Shown piece by piece: positions 48,401 through 63,284 of a DNA stretch of 64,000 nt (positions are counted from its first letter, which is position 1; each line of letters begins with the position of its first letter). The notes under the pieces were generated by a model. The model saw only the letters and a program-made list of their open reading frames with translations. It had not been told where the DNA came from and did no database searches. This DNA comes from Lingula anatina. Its lineage: Eukaryota > Animalia > Brachiopoda. The DNA lies in the NCBI GenBank assembly GCA_051362555.1, contig CM120642.1, positions 30,070,001 to 30,134,000 on the forward strand, written 5' to 3'. The translations under genes were made by a program, and so were the position numbers.

Positions 48401-51400
48401 GATGCCCAACATTGCGTGGCCTATTCATGATTACTGTATGAGGTCTTGTATCGGCTGTCAGTTTTGGCAGTTCCATTTCAGAGATGTTTGACTGGTGTTG
48501 GTACTTTTTATTGGTGCTGTGCCAAGTACTTTGGGCTACAGATTCTAGAAATAATTTTCAAGCTCGAATTTTCAGTCAAACTGTAACAATGGCACACAGT
48601 CGGACAGACGAGTAAAGTCATTATAGCTTACGAGTAATGTTTTAACCTTTATCATTGCTTTAAAGTCTTGCTATTCAGAGGCCTGCTAAACTCCTTTAAA
48701 TCCCAAACTTCCCGTGGCACTGGGGATCTATATACAATGACACAGAGTCTATGGTTTGTGTTCAGTACACTTGTAGTATTTCTCAACCCAATATGCCTAT
48801 AAACTTTCTTCCCTTAGGGACATGGAGCTGATATTTCGCCAAAGTGAAATTAATTTAAACTGCAGAATGCATCCAAATTACAACTGGTTCGTTTATTCTA
48901 CTTTTAATAAGTGTATTATATAAAAAGAGCCATCTTATTCACCATCACTTCGAAATGTTCAAAAAGCTCTTTTGATTTTCTAATGTTGAACTGTTTCTGT
49001 TATAGATATTTTAAGAAAATAATGGCATGTTGCATATTTGGGCAACTGCGCCGATCGCCATAAAGATCAAACCTGCGGTTGGCTTTATACACAAAGGACC
49101 GTTGCTGGAGTCGGGATTCTAAAGCACTGGTAACTTTTTCCTCGAGAGAGGGCCACTCTGAGTTTGTCACTTAATTGAGTTTCTGCCAATTTGTCGACAA
49201 TTTATGTCTCATACTTTCTCATTCGTGACGGGAGTAATAAAGCCATAGGCTGCCTCTGACCACATGATGACCCATTCGAGCTTATTCAGTAGCCTTCTGT
49301 TTTTACTGAGGCCATTGAAAATGCTTCTGTGGACAAACACATTTTGAGAGAATAAAACCTGATATCTTTTGCTCCGAATTTTTTTCTCAGGGGGGACGAA
49401 TGCAGACAACACATACAATTTGAATTACATTCCGTTTTTTATTGATCTTATTAATCTGTTTGTTCACGATCCGGAGTAGTTCAAGCATTACATATTTATA
49501 CAGGTCAAAAGGCCGTGGGGGTGGGCAGGTGTCTTTGGACATATTTGTAGTGACGTTTTGAATAGTTGATAAGATTTACGTATCAAACATGAACCAACAA
49601 AGTGCTTATAAAGCCTAAAGCTATGGGTACAAATTATTAGTGAATTCTAAATAATGTATGAGAAAGGAACGGGTCTCTTTTAAAGCCAAATATCAGAACC
49701 ATTGTGTACCATGCTTGGGTCTAGATTTTAATGGTTTTATGACAAAATGTCAGTAGAAAGTAATGGATCTTTATTGTCATTGTTATTGTTTTTCACATTA
49801 TCAATATCCAGAACTAAATAGACGGATAGCGTGACGAAGTTGCATTGATATCAAACGGGAAATCTGACAGGTATAATTGTGAAGGCAAATCCATAGTGTT
49901 TTCGTAAGTAATTTGATCCCGAGAGCTTGTCCCTTAGAAAGTCTCTAGCTCTCGATCAGTGGGGGTTCTCATATTCATCCAAAAATCATGGTGTTTCATT
50001 AATGATATGTAGTCTATAATCACTATACAGCTATTATTAGTATTTTCATGAATTTTTCAAAACCTTATTGTTGACATTGTTTCATATTTCCTTTTGAACA
50101 TCGCACAAAACTCATGCACTCCTGGTTCTTTGTCAGGACTTTCATTTCTGTTAAAATTAAAAAAGTTGGTTTTTCTTTTTTTTTCATTTTATTTTGGCTA
50201 TTAGTTGGAAACGTACTATACATGAGAAAGCCATGTACAAAATCAGCTTACATTTATGGGGGTTGTTGTATGATATGACAGAATTTCATTATAGTTAAAA
50301 TATCTGTCTTTCAATGTTGCGCGCTCTCTGGAGTATTTGCTACCACAAAAGATGCGCGACCAACGTAACCTTCGAGTTTATTGGTGAAGAAATAAGGGGT
50401 GCCTTGGAGATTTTAATCTCGTTTCCCGTTTTAGTTGCAGCTGCTACTTGTCTATTTTCATTTGAATCTCAGCTAATTAGGCATATATTTGGCAAGATAA
50501 TCTTGCCATTGTTAACGGATGCCAAATATGTGGCATTGGCTGATTCACGCCACCCACTCGGTACATTTCCTGTCCCTATGCCATACAAAATATGGTCCGC
50601 GTTACCATTTTATATCGGTGAACATTTTTTGCAGCCTTCAACCTTCCCCTCTTCCCCCTCCAAAATCTTTGATCTCCAAGCGTGTTCACGTATGCAAAAA
50701 CAATCAGCATAGTATTATATTATGATATATTATAATGCTAGTACAAAATATGGGAAATAAACAAAGTTCAGTTTATCATGTTTAGTTTCGATTTTTTCAC
50801 AAATGCAGATTTGTGATATGAATTTTCTTGGACATATGACTAATATTGAGGTTCACTTACTATTCTATGATAAATATTGCAGACTTGGTATTAGTAAATA
50901 TACCATACACGGGTGCAATTTACATAATAAAATGTTTGTCGTCATTTTTTCTTTCTAGCATTCAGTATGAAAATTTGCCAAACATTCCACTCATCTTTTC
51001 ATATCTGTTTTAATAAGACCATTCAACTACTAGAATATTATCATTCAAATAAAGGGATTCTTTGTAGGTTAAATTTCTCAAAGCCATCACATCAGACAGC
51101 GTTCGATGACAAACGTGATTTTCAGACGAACAATAATTTAAGAATTGTCTGTATCGTTGTTCAGTGATATAACCGCGTTGGAACAATATAATTCCATCCA
51201 GACTTATTGAGTTTCTTTCAGAAGGCCTACATGTTCTTCTTGTGTTGCAGACAGAGTTGAGATTATCACTGAGAAAACAAAGCAGCTGGGTGCTCTCCCA
51301 TGAGCCTCTTTCTCATTGAAGATCTTTGGCACTAAGTTGTATGTGGACAGAATTAAGGACGAGGCCCTGCGAAGAGCTCGTGCAGCCCTCTAGTGGCATA

Positions 51401-52627
51401 GAAGAGGTAAAAAAAACATACATTAACTGTGTGAACTTAAACATGAAAAAGGTAGCTTCTGTTTCATCACAATTCATTAACATGTACATGTATTATCGTA
51501 ATGTGTATTTGGATACTCATTGAAGTATCATGAAGTGAATTCTTTAAGCTGTGTTCACATACCTCCCTGGTTTGAAAGTAAAACTTTTCCCATTCCCATC
51601 CCCACCCCTTACAGGGAAATATGAATAAAAGAGTAAAAAACGGAAAAGAGAAATTCACCAATAGGCAAACATTTTAAAGTAGTTAAACATTTGGTACCCC
51701 TTACAACTGTGATTTTAGAGTACACTCATTAGACGGTTGAGGTCGAACTGCCAAAAATAACCACGCAGTCTGTAACATCCTGATTAACATCCGGGTTAAC
51801 ATCCTGGTTAACAATCCATCATCCGTCTAATTGAATTTTTGAGCTGCAAAAAAGTCGGTAGATTGCTTACGATGGCCAGAGTATGGTGCCCATGAATTTA
51901 GGTACAAAACGGAATACCGCATGGAACCCGTTGAAAATAGTATTTATAACGGTACTTAAATCTAATATCTTTAAAACACGGTTGAGGTTTTAGATTATTT
52001 TTCAGGATTTTTTCAAGTAAGCAATTGGTCGTTTGTTGGCAGATGATGACGATTTACGATCACAAATTGCCTCTTACAGAATTGACATGACAATCATTAA
52101 TGAATTAAGTGGTTCTAATAAAAAAAACGAGCATTTTTACAGATAGTTAAAGATATCAGCAGGTTAGTTAAAACAATTTTTCCTTGGTGTAAAACACCAT
52201 GAGTTTCTTTTTTACCCACTGATCTTATTTTTATCATTTATCTGTTTCGCTTATTTTGTCAACAAGTAAGTCCAGTAGATAATGGCCATTCCTTAAACTG
52301 ATGTTTCATTTAATGTTTTAGCGTCTTTTCCGCATATTTTTTCTCTTTAAAGCATCGTCTTCTAACGAATATCAGTAAAATTATTTTACGTTAAATATGA
52401 ATGTGTTTTACAAAGTTTTGGAACTGTACGTGTTACCAGAGTGGGTCCACGGTACCCTAATCAACTAAGTATAACTAGGTACTTCTAAACACGATTTTCC
52501 TGACTAAATTGGATGTTCAAGTTCGAATACTTTTTAAATCAAAATACTATACATTCATTATAGTTCATTGCCATTTACTTCAGAGAGGACACAAAGATTC
52601 ACGTAATGTGTATGAGTGCGTGTGTTA

Positions 52628-52629
<2 letters not shown>

Positions 52630-52678
<49 letters not shown>
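52630..52678. repeat. (AG)n microsatellite
   Basis: Direct reading. Confidence 0.93.
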
Positions 52679-52680
<2 letters not shown>

Positions 52681-52810
52681 AACTTTGGTAAAAAATGCAA
52701 AAAATTCAAGTTACTTTACTTCACGTCCATTTAACATGCTACTTAATTATGATATACATCAGAAATAACAAAGAACACCATCTCTTTTTTCCAGTTGTTT
52801 ATCAAGCTCA

Positions 52811-52829
52811 TTTATTGACGAACTTTATT
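52811..52829 (-). terminator. Candidate polyadenylation signals of the IF gene
   Basis: Two TTTATT (AATAAA on - strand) at 52811 and 52824, about 1.25 kb after the stop. Confidence 0.5.
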
Positions 52830-54069
52830 CCCATTCAAAAATGTGTCGCCAGTAATCACATCCACCGCTCAGAGTGTCAACACCCTATTACGACTAACGC
52901 GTGTAAAAACGTACACCTTAACGACAAACGCGTGTAAAAAGTTACACAACCACGTGAATCACAGTTTTGTGTTCACCGTGCTTTGGAATCCATCAGATTT
53001 GTTTTATAGCACGTTTGATAGCGTGTATCTAAATTGGAAATTGAAGACTAACAAATAAACATGTATAAAGCACAAAAAGGTAAAAATGTATTCATCCTCC
53101 ACCGATTATAACATACTGCATTTTCGTAATCGTTATGCTTTTCTATAACACAAGACTACTGACGAACACAATATCATTTTTCACGCGTGCATACAGCAGC
53201 TGACATACACAACTACATATTATTGTCCACATCAAATATTGTGAATATGGAAAGTAAAAAATGCTTAAAAGTTCGAAAAGAGTTAAAAACAATTCATAGA
53301 GTTATACATGAAAAAATAAGGTTGAATAAAACATAGGAAGCGAAACTACCGTCTACATGGTCACATGATGAATGCATATCCAACCAAAACACATTGAATA
53401 TTCACTTCATCACGTAACCATTCAACTATATTTCCATCGCTGCCTATATAATATATAAATGGTATAGCTGAACCTAATGCCTCTATAATTATATATACGC
53501 TATATATAACCGTGTCTTGTCAACGTTTGAGAAGTGACTTCTACAGCAGTCAGCGCAGCTACGTATAACTCCGGCATATCTTTCTAATCCACTTTAAAAT
53601 AGAGATTTCGTGTGCACATCACTATTTCTTGATATTCACCCACCACCAGCGAAATGGGCATCATGGCATACGTGGTCGGTTGATCCCTCCTTGTATCCTC
53701 GAGTTTAATACATATATGCGTCATTCATCCTTCCTCACAGCGTTGGCTATATCATTATGGCAGTGGCAAAAATACTTAAACAGTTTACATCCTGGGCTGG
53801 GAAACGGATCATGGTGAGTCGCCCGACTCAATAAGTTCTGGTACATCTTTCTGGTTATGTATATGAATATATATATATTGAAATCATCGCATAGAATAAC
53901 ATAATTGGCAGTCTAATCCACTATTTCGTAAGCAATAAGCACCGAAGAATATTGTTACGACTGTGTTAACTACGTTGACAGCGTTAAGCATGACAAGTAT
54001 CTCTGTCTCTCTCTACGGTTTCCCTTTCACCTTGTTCCACGATGTGTTGGTTGCATTGACAGCAGCGCT

Positions 54070-57000
54070 TTATGAGTAGGTGGTCTTTGAAATGTGGGAG
54101 GCCTTCTCCTGCAAAAAACAAACACGGGGTGTTGATTACACTTTTTCCGTCATTAAGATCATTTTGGGGGCATTCTGTGTGAGAAAATTATCACCATAGA
54201 AGACACACCAACGACTGACACAAGACCTGAACTTTCGTAAACACAGATTTCAAAACAATGCATCTAAATACTGATAATCATTATTAAAAAAAAAAATCAA
54301 ATTTTGCACAACGCCTTACGGCATTAAAAATCACCGAAGCACTTACCGAACCATTCATATCGACGAGCATAGTGTGGATGTTGTTGCCAAGGGACCATTG
54401 GTCGAAGTCTTGGCTCTCCAGACCTGGAGCGCCACCCGATTTACCATGACCGAATACCTAAAACAGAAAGAAGTGGTTTTAGGCGTTTTCATTTCTGCCG
54501 AGATGGGCATAATTCCAAAGTGATGGTTAGGAGAAAGTTCTCTAACATCAAAATAGCAAACGTTTTTGTTTTTTTTTTTTTTTGTTTTCATCGGTCTTGT
54601 TTCTGGCTTGTTCCATGTTACACGCGTGTTTAACCGCTGGAATTGGTCAGCTTTACTGTATTTACCTTCAGTTTCTGGTGTGGGCTCAACAGAACGTTTT
54701 GTAGAACGAAGGCCTCTTTCTCTTTGCCATCAACCATACGTCTGATTTTCCATCCGTTGAGATTTTCCTCCTGGAAAACGAGAGTTTATCACAGTCATAT
54801 ACAATGCAAAATTGCACGCCATCGACAGGGCAAAAATAAAGAATAGCAATTTACTTTTAACAAATATTAATAAAAGTGAACCCTGGTAAATTAAAATCAA
54901 ATTGTAGTGTATCGCATGGATTTTTCATGGGAACTACCATCAACTGACACGAATGTAGTTCATATTTTTTGCTAGTAACATAAAGTAAGATGTTTTAAGA
55001 GCGAATAAAGAATGCACTGAATCGCACTGAATGCACTGAACTACCTAGACGTACAAAACGAGTTTCCAGAACAAAATGATAATCGCGTTGGGGTAATGAG
55101 GGTTACTTCTTTTGTACAGCGTTGTAGCAAAGAGTCTGTCACGTGGTATCAGCTCTGTGTGACTGCGATCTTAGTCGTACCTTTCTGCTAGTGTTCTCCA
55201 ACTCGATGAAGTTGCCATGGGCATCAACTTCACTAATCGTGATGGGGCCCTTAGCACTGCGCTGGAACGTTGTCTTGGCGGACATCTCACCCTTCACCGT
55301 GCTCTGGGAAGCTTCAAATTCACCAGGAAGTAAACCAGATTGCATTTGATACGCTTGTTGTGACATGTCTGAGCTGGACATTACAATCGGACCACCCTGA
55401 CCACCGCTAGTTTGGATGACGAACTCTGCCGTAGACGACCCACCGCCGCCACCACCACTCATGGTTGAGGTGCGTGACGCGTACGTCGCTGAACTTCTCT
55501 CTACGGTTCAGTATTAGACAGGGAAATGTGAGAATACATATACCGGTACACCAAACAGAATGAAAACCGTAACGCCGGCATGACATGAATGATGAATAAA
55601 GTGTTGTAGAAGGTCTACATGGAAAAATATCTGCTACCAAGTAAACTAAATGCCTTCTTGAGTAAAGATCAAAAATTTTATCTGCGAAGTAGCATCAATG
55701 ACAGGTATATTTTTCAATATGCAACAGAAAAAATTATCTTATATTGGTAAAATTTCAGATAACCAAAGTGCAAGAAAGAAGTTTAGAAGAATCCGAAAAT
55801 TTTACTGAAAAAACGCTTTACTGATAAGGAAAAAGTACACGAAACATCAGTAAAGATGCGGGCAAAAGTCAAGACAAAACATGTCATGTTAGTTTGGCAC
55901 TACCATGCCTTTTAAATAGCGTTCCTTTTCTATCACTCCTACGTCAAGATCAATTCACAAACTGTTTAGCATCAGTGACGTCACTGAGCACGATGCACGA
56001 AGGCCGGGTGGTCAGGCGTGGCCAGGCAAGTCCAGCACAAACGCAATGCAATAAAACAAGAACAAGTTTTCACACAGCAATTATTGTATAAAGCAACTTC
56101 CAGATATCTGTTTTACAAGATGCACTGAACATGACAGTGAGTATCTACAGTACTCTTACGATATTAATTAAATTCTAGATTAAAAAGAACATCTACAAAA
56201 TGTTGCATATACTTTATAAAATAAACGTTATTCTATTCTTCGACGCACTAATTCAAATCATGTTGTGCACACTTAATCTAATGAAATATAATATCCATGC
56301 TTGTTAGAGATCAGTTTATAAAGCTTCAAGGCCGATCTTAAGACTCAAAGATCCTATGTTTAGAATATCCTGAGCCGCGTCTCAGGGACATATCTTAAAT
56401 CAAAAGTTGCGTTTTTTAAAAATATTTACACGACCGTTAAAGTGGATTCTAACTTGCTAATAGCTTTACGTAGGTCAAATATGACTACGTTCTCTCAACT
56501 TCAATTCTGTATTGTAAAACAGGACCCGAGTCATAAGATGCGACCATAAATTTCAAACCAACTATGACGACAACAACAAAGAAAGAAAGAAAAATACAAT
56601 ACTAATAAAGATTGTCAAAACACAAAGTAAAAAGGAATAAGATCCAAACCACAGCGAGTTCATATAAAAAGTAAAAAGGCACCATCGAGTTGATGTATGG
56701 CCTCAAGAAACCCGAAGTAGTCACCGTACGTAAGATGGGTATACAGTAAAGAATCTCGCTGTGCTTTGTATCTCTGGTCTACATTGAATACAGATCACAA
56801 TAAAAAAGAACAAGCAGTAAATATAATGATGATGATGAGCACTAATATTAAGGCACAGTGTAAGTAAAACGCGAGTTCAATTCAATTTAGAAATATTAAG
56901 AACAGTGCGCCCTTCCTGTGTCATTGAACAGGGGTTGGGCGTACCTTCTATGATGCACCGTAAACCTTAGATACAGAAGCAAAAAATCTGGTCATTAAGT

Positions 57001-59663
57001 TGTTCATATTAGTGCAGGGATAAGGCAAATAAATCACACCTCACATGCTACATGCATTTCAACGTCAACTTTCGCTATAATTTCGAAGAAGGTCGAGGCT
57101 CATTTGTAAGTTGGTCCATCTCTTACCAGAATAAAACTTCCAGTTCTACCGCAGATAGCTCTTATTTTGGGACTACCAGACATAATTGAATTTTATTAGA
57201 AGTAGCAAGACTTTTAAAGGAAATGAATTTTAAGGCACCAGTAGTATTCCATTTATACATGTGAAAAAAACTGACGTGTACAATACAAAAGAACGACCAT
57301 TTAAAACACGAGCAGCGTAATGAAACCAAATACACTTGCTGTCGAGAAAAACAAAAACAGAAATGTTTTGATCATATTAAGCATCACGGAGTTCTGATGA
57401 AAAAACAACAGAATTCTATCAAAATACTTAAGAGGACGAGAAATGAAAGTGATTTTGAACAAAAATGGTCTGGTTTCTGTACATTAAACAACAAGCAGGA
57501 CACCCACATACCGGGGTCCGCCTCACTGCCGCCATCTTTTTTCTCCTCAATTGGCGCCTCTCCTTTCTCGTCTTGTTCCTCCAAAGCACCCTTTTCTTTG
57601 GGAGGAGAGCTGGGAGAGTGTTTCTCCTCAGGCCTTCCTCTAGTGATGAACTTACGAATGGAAGCATCTCTCTCTCTGTAGTAAACCATTGGCTGTTAAT
57701 AGGGTGTCATGTTATGCAAATTAGTAAGTGCGCATCGCAAAACCCAGGGCAATCTCACAGACCTTTTGTTGAGCTACATAATTTTCATTTACTCTTGGTA
57801 AAAATCATGAAAAAAATCATGTAAAAATCATCTGTTTAAGTTTCTTTTTCCTTCGTGAGATATCAAAAGCCAAACAAAAAGTCTTGAGTGTACTGCCCCT
57901 AGCGTAAGTAGATATATAGATATATCTATGACTACAGATGGCACTCCTATCAGCACCCTTCAAGACGTACCCATTTGCATACCGCCGGACATACCACCTG
58001 ACATGGACATGCCACCGGACATCCCACCGCCAGCAGACATAGACTCGGAGCCGGTCATAACCTGTTCAACTACACTTCTCAAACCGATCCTAATAGAAAA
58101 AAATGAAATGCAGTTCGATTGAATTAATATGCCACGAGCACGTGTCACATCTTCCACTGCGACCAGGTCATTCTCACTACCCACTTTGGCTGAAAGGTTG
58201 AATGATAACATATTAACAGTTAATAGACGGCTTGGTCATTCTAAAGGAATTTTGAGAGAGTAAAATCTTAAATGTGGTACGTTTTTTTTAGCCGTACGAT
58301 ATAGTTAGAAAATGCCCTTATGGATGCCGCGTAATATCACCTTCAGATGTAACCTCCACGACTTTTAGAACAAAATTTATTATCTCTGTCCAGTTTCAGC
58401 AAAGCAACACACTAAAAACATTTATTAAAAGTATCCTTTACAAACAAACAAAAACAATTAAGGCCGTATAGCATTTTTTTACTTTGTGAATTCTTTACAC
58501 AGTAAGGTTAATTTAATTAGGTTTTGCACCAGACGATATCGATCTTTTTTATCTAGGACCAGCCACGGAAGCAAAAGTACGTCCCTTCCCAACATGAATG
58601 ACTACTCTCAAACATAGTCGAGACAAAGGGTTTGAAGATATGGAAATGGTCGAAAGTAAACACACCCTTATCAATACTCACCTGTCTTCTCTTATGTTAG
58701 ACAAATACAGGGCAAATAAAAAATGAATATCTTTCGAACTAACATGACTTTGGTCATAATCTTTAACTTAACAGTAAAAGAAAAGACATATAATTCAAAA
58801 CATGTTCTTAATTTTGAGTCATGTAAATTAAGTTTTCATTTATAACTCCTTAATTTTTTTTATCCGGAAATGGGATATTATTATATTCTAATCTCCTCTG
58901 TAATATGAAATAGCTTTTTACAACACATGGATATTAACAAGGAGTAGTCCTTACCTGCTCTCCTCTCCTTCCAGAAGTTTTCTGTAGGCTGCAATCTCGA
59001 GTTCCAAGGACAACTTGGCATCACTTATGTGGTTAAAGTCAACCATGATCTTTTCATTTTCTGCCCTCAGTTCTTCCAATTCTGTCAGAAGTCTGGACCT
59101 GTCCAATTCGTTCTCACGGAGAAGTTCGTCGAGCTCGCGACACTTCATGTCCAAATCATTTTTCAAGTTGGCAATCTATTAAAGGAGTGTAAATATACGT
59201 CAAGTTGATACAACGTGTACACCAAAGTTACATACACAGCTTTAAATCTTCTCTGGGAGAACCTTGCTAAAGTTTTATGCAACTGCCTCACAACAACTGG
59301 TAAAAACCTAGAGTTACGCCAATTTGCTCATTTGCTTACGAGCTAGTCCCATGTCTATGTTTTATGGGTGCCCTCGTGACAAACGATACATCAGCCCCTT
59401 TACGGCACCAACTAATGGAGCCACACTAAATCAATGAGGAACTAACTGCACATAATTTAGAACCTACCTGGCTTTGGAGATCGGATGTGTCTCTGTTCTT
59501 GTCGCTAAGGGTACTTCTCAGTCTCTGGATCTCTTCCTTGGTGTGAACCAGTTCCATATTCTGGCGATTGGCACCAGTGCGCTGTTCTTGGATCTGAAAC
59601 ACAACGGGGCATATCAATTATATCAATTGAAATCATGTATTTAAATACCCAAAAGCAGCCGAT

Positions 59664-59695
<32 letters not shown>

Positions 59696-62600
59696 GGGGG
59701 GGGGGGGTGAAAATATAATGCAAACTTCAGTTACAGTGATTCGCACTGCGGTAGGTGTGAATTTGTCACAGAAAAACATTACTTCCAAGGATTGCATTAC
59801 AAATTGCGGTAGGGGAGAACAATTTTGCAGTCATCTTACCTTAACATTGTAGAAGGCTTCCATTTCCTGCTTAGCGTTATCCATTCTGCTTTCGTACTCT
59901 TGGGAGATTTCTCTAAGAGCCTGTGCCATCTCACTCTTCCAGAACTCGCGGTTTTCCTGGGTGGTGTCTCTGTATGCAAGAGCCGCCAGCTCCTTCATTT
60001 CCTACAGTAATTAAGAAAGAAATTTATTAGGAAGTAGTTGCATATAAAATAATCAGAAAACTCTTTTTGGCTAATTTAATGAAGAAGAATCAAAGGGATT
60101 TGAATAGCATTTGCTTTAAAAAACTGGCACATATTTTCAGGAAATATGCATGAGTTAAATCAAAATATATCTTTGAAAAATAAAAGATAAAAAACATATG
60201 ACTAAACTTCATTGATCAATATGTTTCAACTCGACATTAGACAAGACTGGTGGAAATAACAGCATTCAGTTTTTTATATGCTGGTGCCAGCTCAAAAAAC
60301 CTAACTGTTTACCGTTACACGCTGAGGTACCAGTGCATTTATGATATATAACGACAAAAGCTGACATCAATTTAGGTCCACCGAAAAAACAATAACGATA
60401 TTGTGACAAGATTGTACGATGTCACTTCGCCGGCCCGCCCAAGTGACGATAAGTGTTCACCGTGCTCTGTGAGTAAAATTTCGTTTTGCCGGATCATATA
60501 GGATGGTGTGCATAGAAGACTGGTCACAAATAGATGCGCATCCACGCAATATGTTAAAGGTACAAACCTGGTCATTGATCTGTTTCTGGAACTCCAGGGC
60601 CTCTTCAGCGGTCTGCTTCTCATTCTCGGCAGTGATACGGGCCAGGGTTTCAGCGTCAAGTTCCTATAAATATGATAAATAATGAGTCAATTAAAAGAAA
60701 TGTGCTTTTTTTGATAACTTAAAAGCTCCCACGTTAAGGTCCATGTCAAATGGTGACAAATATGTCCCAGGAAAAGAGTAAAAATCAATTCTTTCACGCT
60801 ACGAAGTTTGAATATCATTTCCTACTTTGCTTAAGTTTGATCTGAAAACAAAATTAGTTTCTTAATAGCTGATCGTGAATGTTGCACTTTTATAATAGGG
60901 CAGTGGTGTTATAATTATTTAACGGGCATTACATTGTATTATGGCTGGGTTCCACGCCAGGTTGGAGAGATTTCATCTAATCAAAATGCTTTTATCGGAA
61001 GGGCAAGGCGATCGATAGATTCTCAGACATACATGTACATTGCTACGGCGCCCTATAAGTTATTGATGCTTGCTCTGGACACAAAGGGCGGTAGATATTC
61101 CCGTTATGTGTTTCTATTTCCTTAACTGGAAAAACGATTTTAACCTATATTTCGTTGTTAAAATAAGATATGTAGACACCGATCTGTCCAACCAATTGAC
61201 CAAGTTGCAGATCTCTCTCTGTCTCTCTCTCTCTCTCTCTTTCTTTCCGTTTTTCTCACTTAAGTCGACTATTTTTTCTGTTGGCCAACAATAGAGTCAA
61301 AATTCCAAGAATTGACTGATAGCGATATGTTGAATGAAACATCATCTACGAGGCATTTGGAATGATTGGGTTTTGATGTGTCTTCCATAGTAATTATATG
61401 GAGCATTTTAAAAGGGCGTTTGCTGACTAACTCTCCTAGAAATCCAGGCACGTATGGAAGACATCCAACCAAATACATCATGGAAAGAGCAATTCCTGGA
61501 TGGGCAATGGCTCAACGTATACGTGTTGACATAATGGATTATGCTAAAAGTGTCGCCAAGAGAAAAAAATTGTACGAATTTTATGCACGTTCAACAATGC
61601 CTGCATTTTGAAGCGTATCACACAAAACTGTATATGTATATGTATGTATGATGTCGTCTGTCTTTTTCCTTGTTCCCTAAGCCGGTTTCTAGGGTTACGT
61701 GTACACGGGCACCTATATGATGTGCCCCTCTCTCAGTCTTAGATAGTAGAAGTGGACGAGGACGGTCCAAGGTTCTAATATAAAACGCATCGCATTATGA
61801 TCTTGATAAAAATGACACATACATAACTTAACCTGCATACAAGTCAATCCAACCCAACGTTTTGTTTTGCTCGACACGCATACAGGATGAAGATGTGCAT
61901 TCACCGGTAACTGTTTTATACAGTGTATAATGCCAGGTCACCTTTATCTTGCCGTCGTCAACTGCTATATAATATATCTTGTTAGCCGAGACGGGGACCA
62001 CAGAAAGATCACCGCAGTTTACTTTAGGGTGTCAAAGCAAGCATGCATGACCGAACACGGAGATTCAATCAAAGGGAGTCTGGTCATCTAAAGACCAATG
62101 CTACTACCGAAACAGCAAACACAGAATTTTATTTTGCTAAGATTTCAAAAGCAGAGTATATGTGCAAGGGATCTACACTGCTGTTGCACGAATACCACAT
62201 ATTCGTCAATATCCAAACACACAGCTAAATAATACGTGTCTTTTAAACACTGCACTCATAACTGCCGCTATTCCCTCCAATATGCCAGCACGGAAAACAA
62301 GGGGGTGACAGCGGCAACACAGAATCCTTAATCTTAACAAACAACACGGAAACACAGTAACTTTAAACGGCCACAAAATTCAGTTCTCTGCTGAGGTTAA
62401 AAACAGGTAACGCAGAGCCCGCGCCACCGCCCACCTTTTACATGGTAAAACGAACCACCTAAGGCACCTAGCAAACCGGTTTGACTGGTAGCCGGGTAGC
62501 GTATATCCGGCCTGTTGTTGTATCCCAGGCCACCGAATACGTTGAATAAACCGAAGGTGAACTTCTAAGTGCTTGGGAAAGAAAATATGAGATTTTTTTT

Positions 62601-63284
62601 GCGAAATAAGCAATCGCTTTGAGTGGTTTGGGCACACCGGGGAAGGCAAGGGACGCTACAACGCTTGATTGGCTGATGTATTAAAGGCGCGTCACCAGAG
62701 TTGCCAGGTGGAAAAACGTTGCACTAGATAACCAAGGGAACTTCTATTTCCCATACAACTTGTTTCGATACGTAGATTCCAAATGAATTTGAGATTTCTG
62801 GCACAGTGTTTAATGTCGTTTATGGTCAGGATTGCAAAGTTTATTTGCGCCCTGTTCTTGTGTCACGTACATTGTACACCTTGATAATTAACATGACTGT
62901 TCAACTGTTTGGATCCCTTCCCATTTGTGCGTTGCTGAATCGTCACTCATTTTTATCTTTGAAGCGTTTGGCTTTTATGCAAGTTCAACACAAATTGAAA
63001 GTAACAAATATAAACTTCAAATACGTTTTTTTAGAAATGAGTTACAACATTAAATTAAATAGAATAAGGATGTTATATAAATAAAAAAGAAACTCACCAT
63101 CTGCTTCTGTTGGCAGGCGGTTCTCCATTTATCGGCGTTCTTCTTGGCGACGTCCAGTTCTCTCTCCATGAAGTCCACGCGTCTTCTCAGAAGGTTGATT
63201 TCGGACTCGTAGTCAGAGAGGGTCTGGTGGTTCCTCTCGATCTCGTCTTTGTCTTGGTTGCGGAGATTAAGCAGATCTGCATTC
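54070..63284 (-). CDS. Cytoplasmic intermediate filament protein (protostome type, neurofilament NF60/70-like) with lamin-tail domain; 5' exons beyond window
   Basis: Exons 63284-63098, 60663-60568, 60001-59840, 59593-59468, 59175-58955, 58089-57971, 55500-55181, 54770-54666, 54457-54347, 54108-54070 (TAA). Motifs LAYRDTTQENREFWK, rod end LELEIAAYRKLLEGEESR, lamin-tail KTTFQRSAKGPITISEVDAHGNFIELEN...LNGWKIRR. Ends KTTYS* with no CaaX, so not a lamin. Confidence 0.95.

Noticed and set aside
45403-52700. Short ORFs between the GPI gene and the IF 3' end (e.g. 46593, 50314)
   Set aside because: No recognisable motifs and no chain of phase-compatible splice sites found; treated as intergenic, though a small gene could have been missed.
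54070-63284. Calling the IF gene a nuclear lamin
   Set aside because: No CaaX (ends KTTYS) and no basic NLS between rod and tail in the constitutive exons; protostome cytoplasmic IFs keep the lamin-tail domain.
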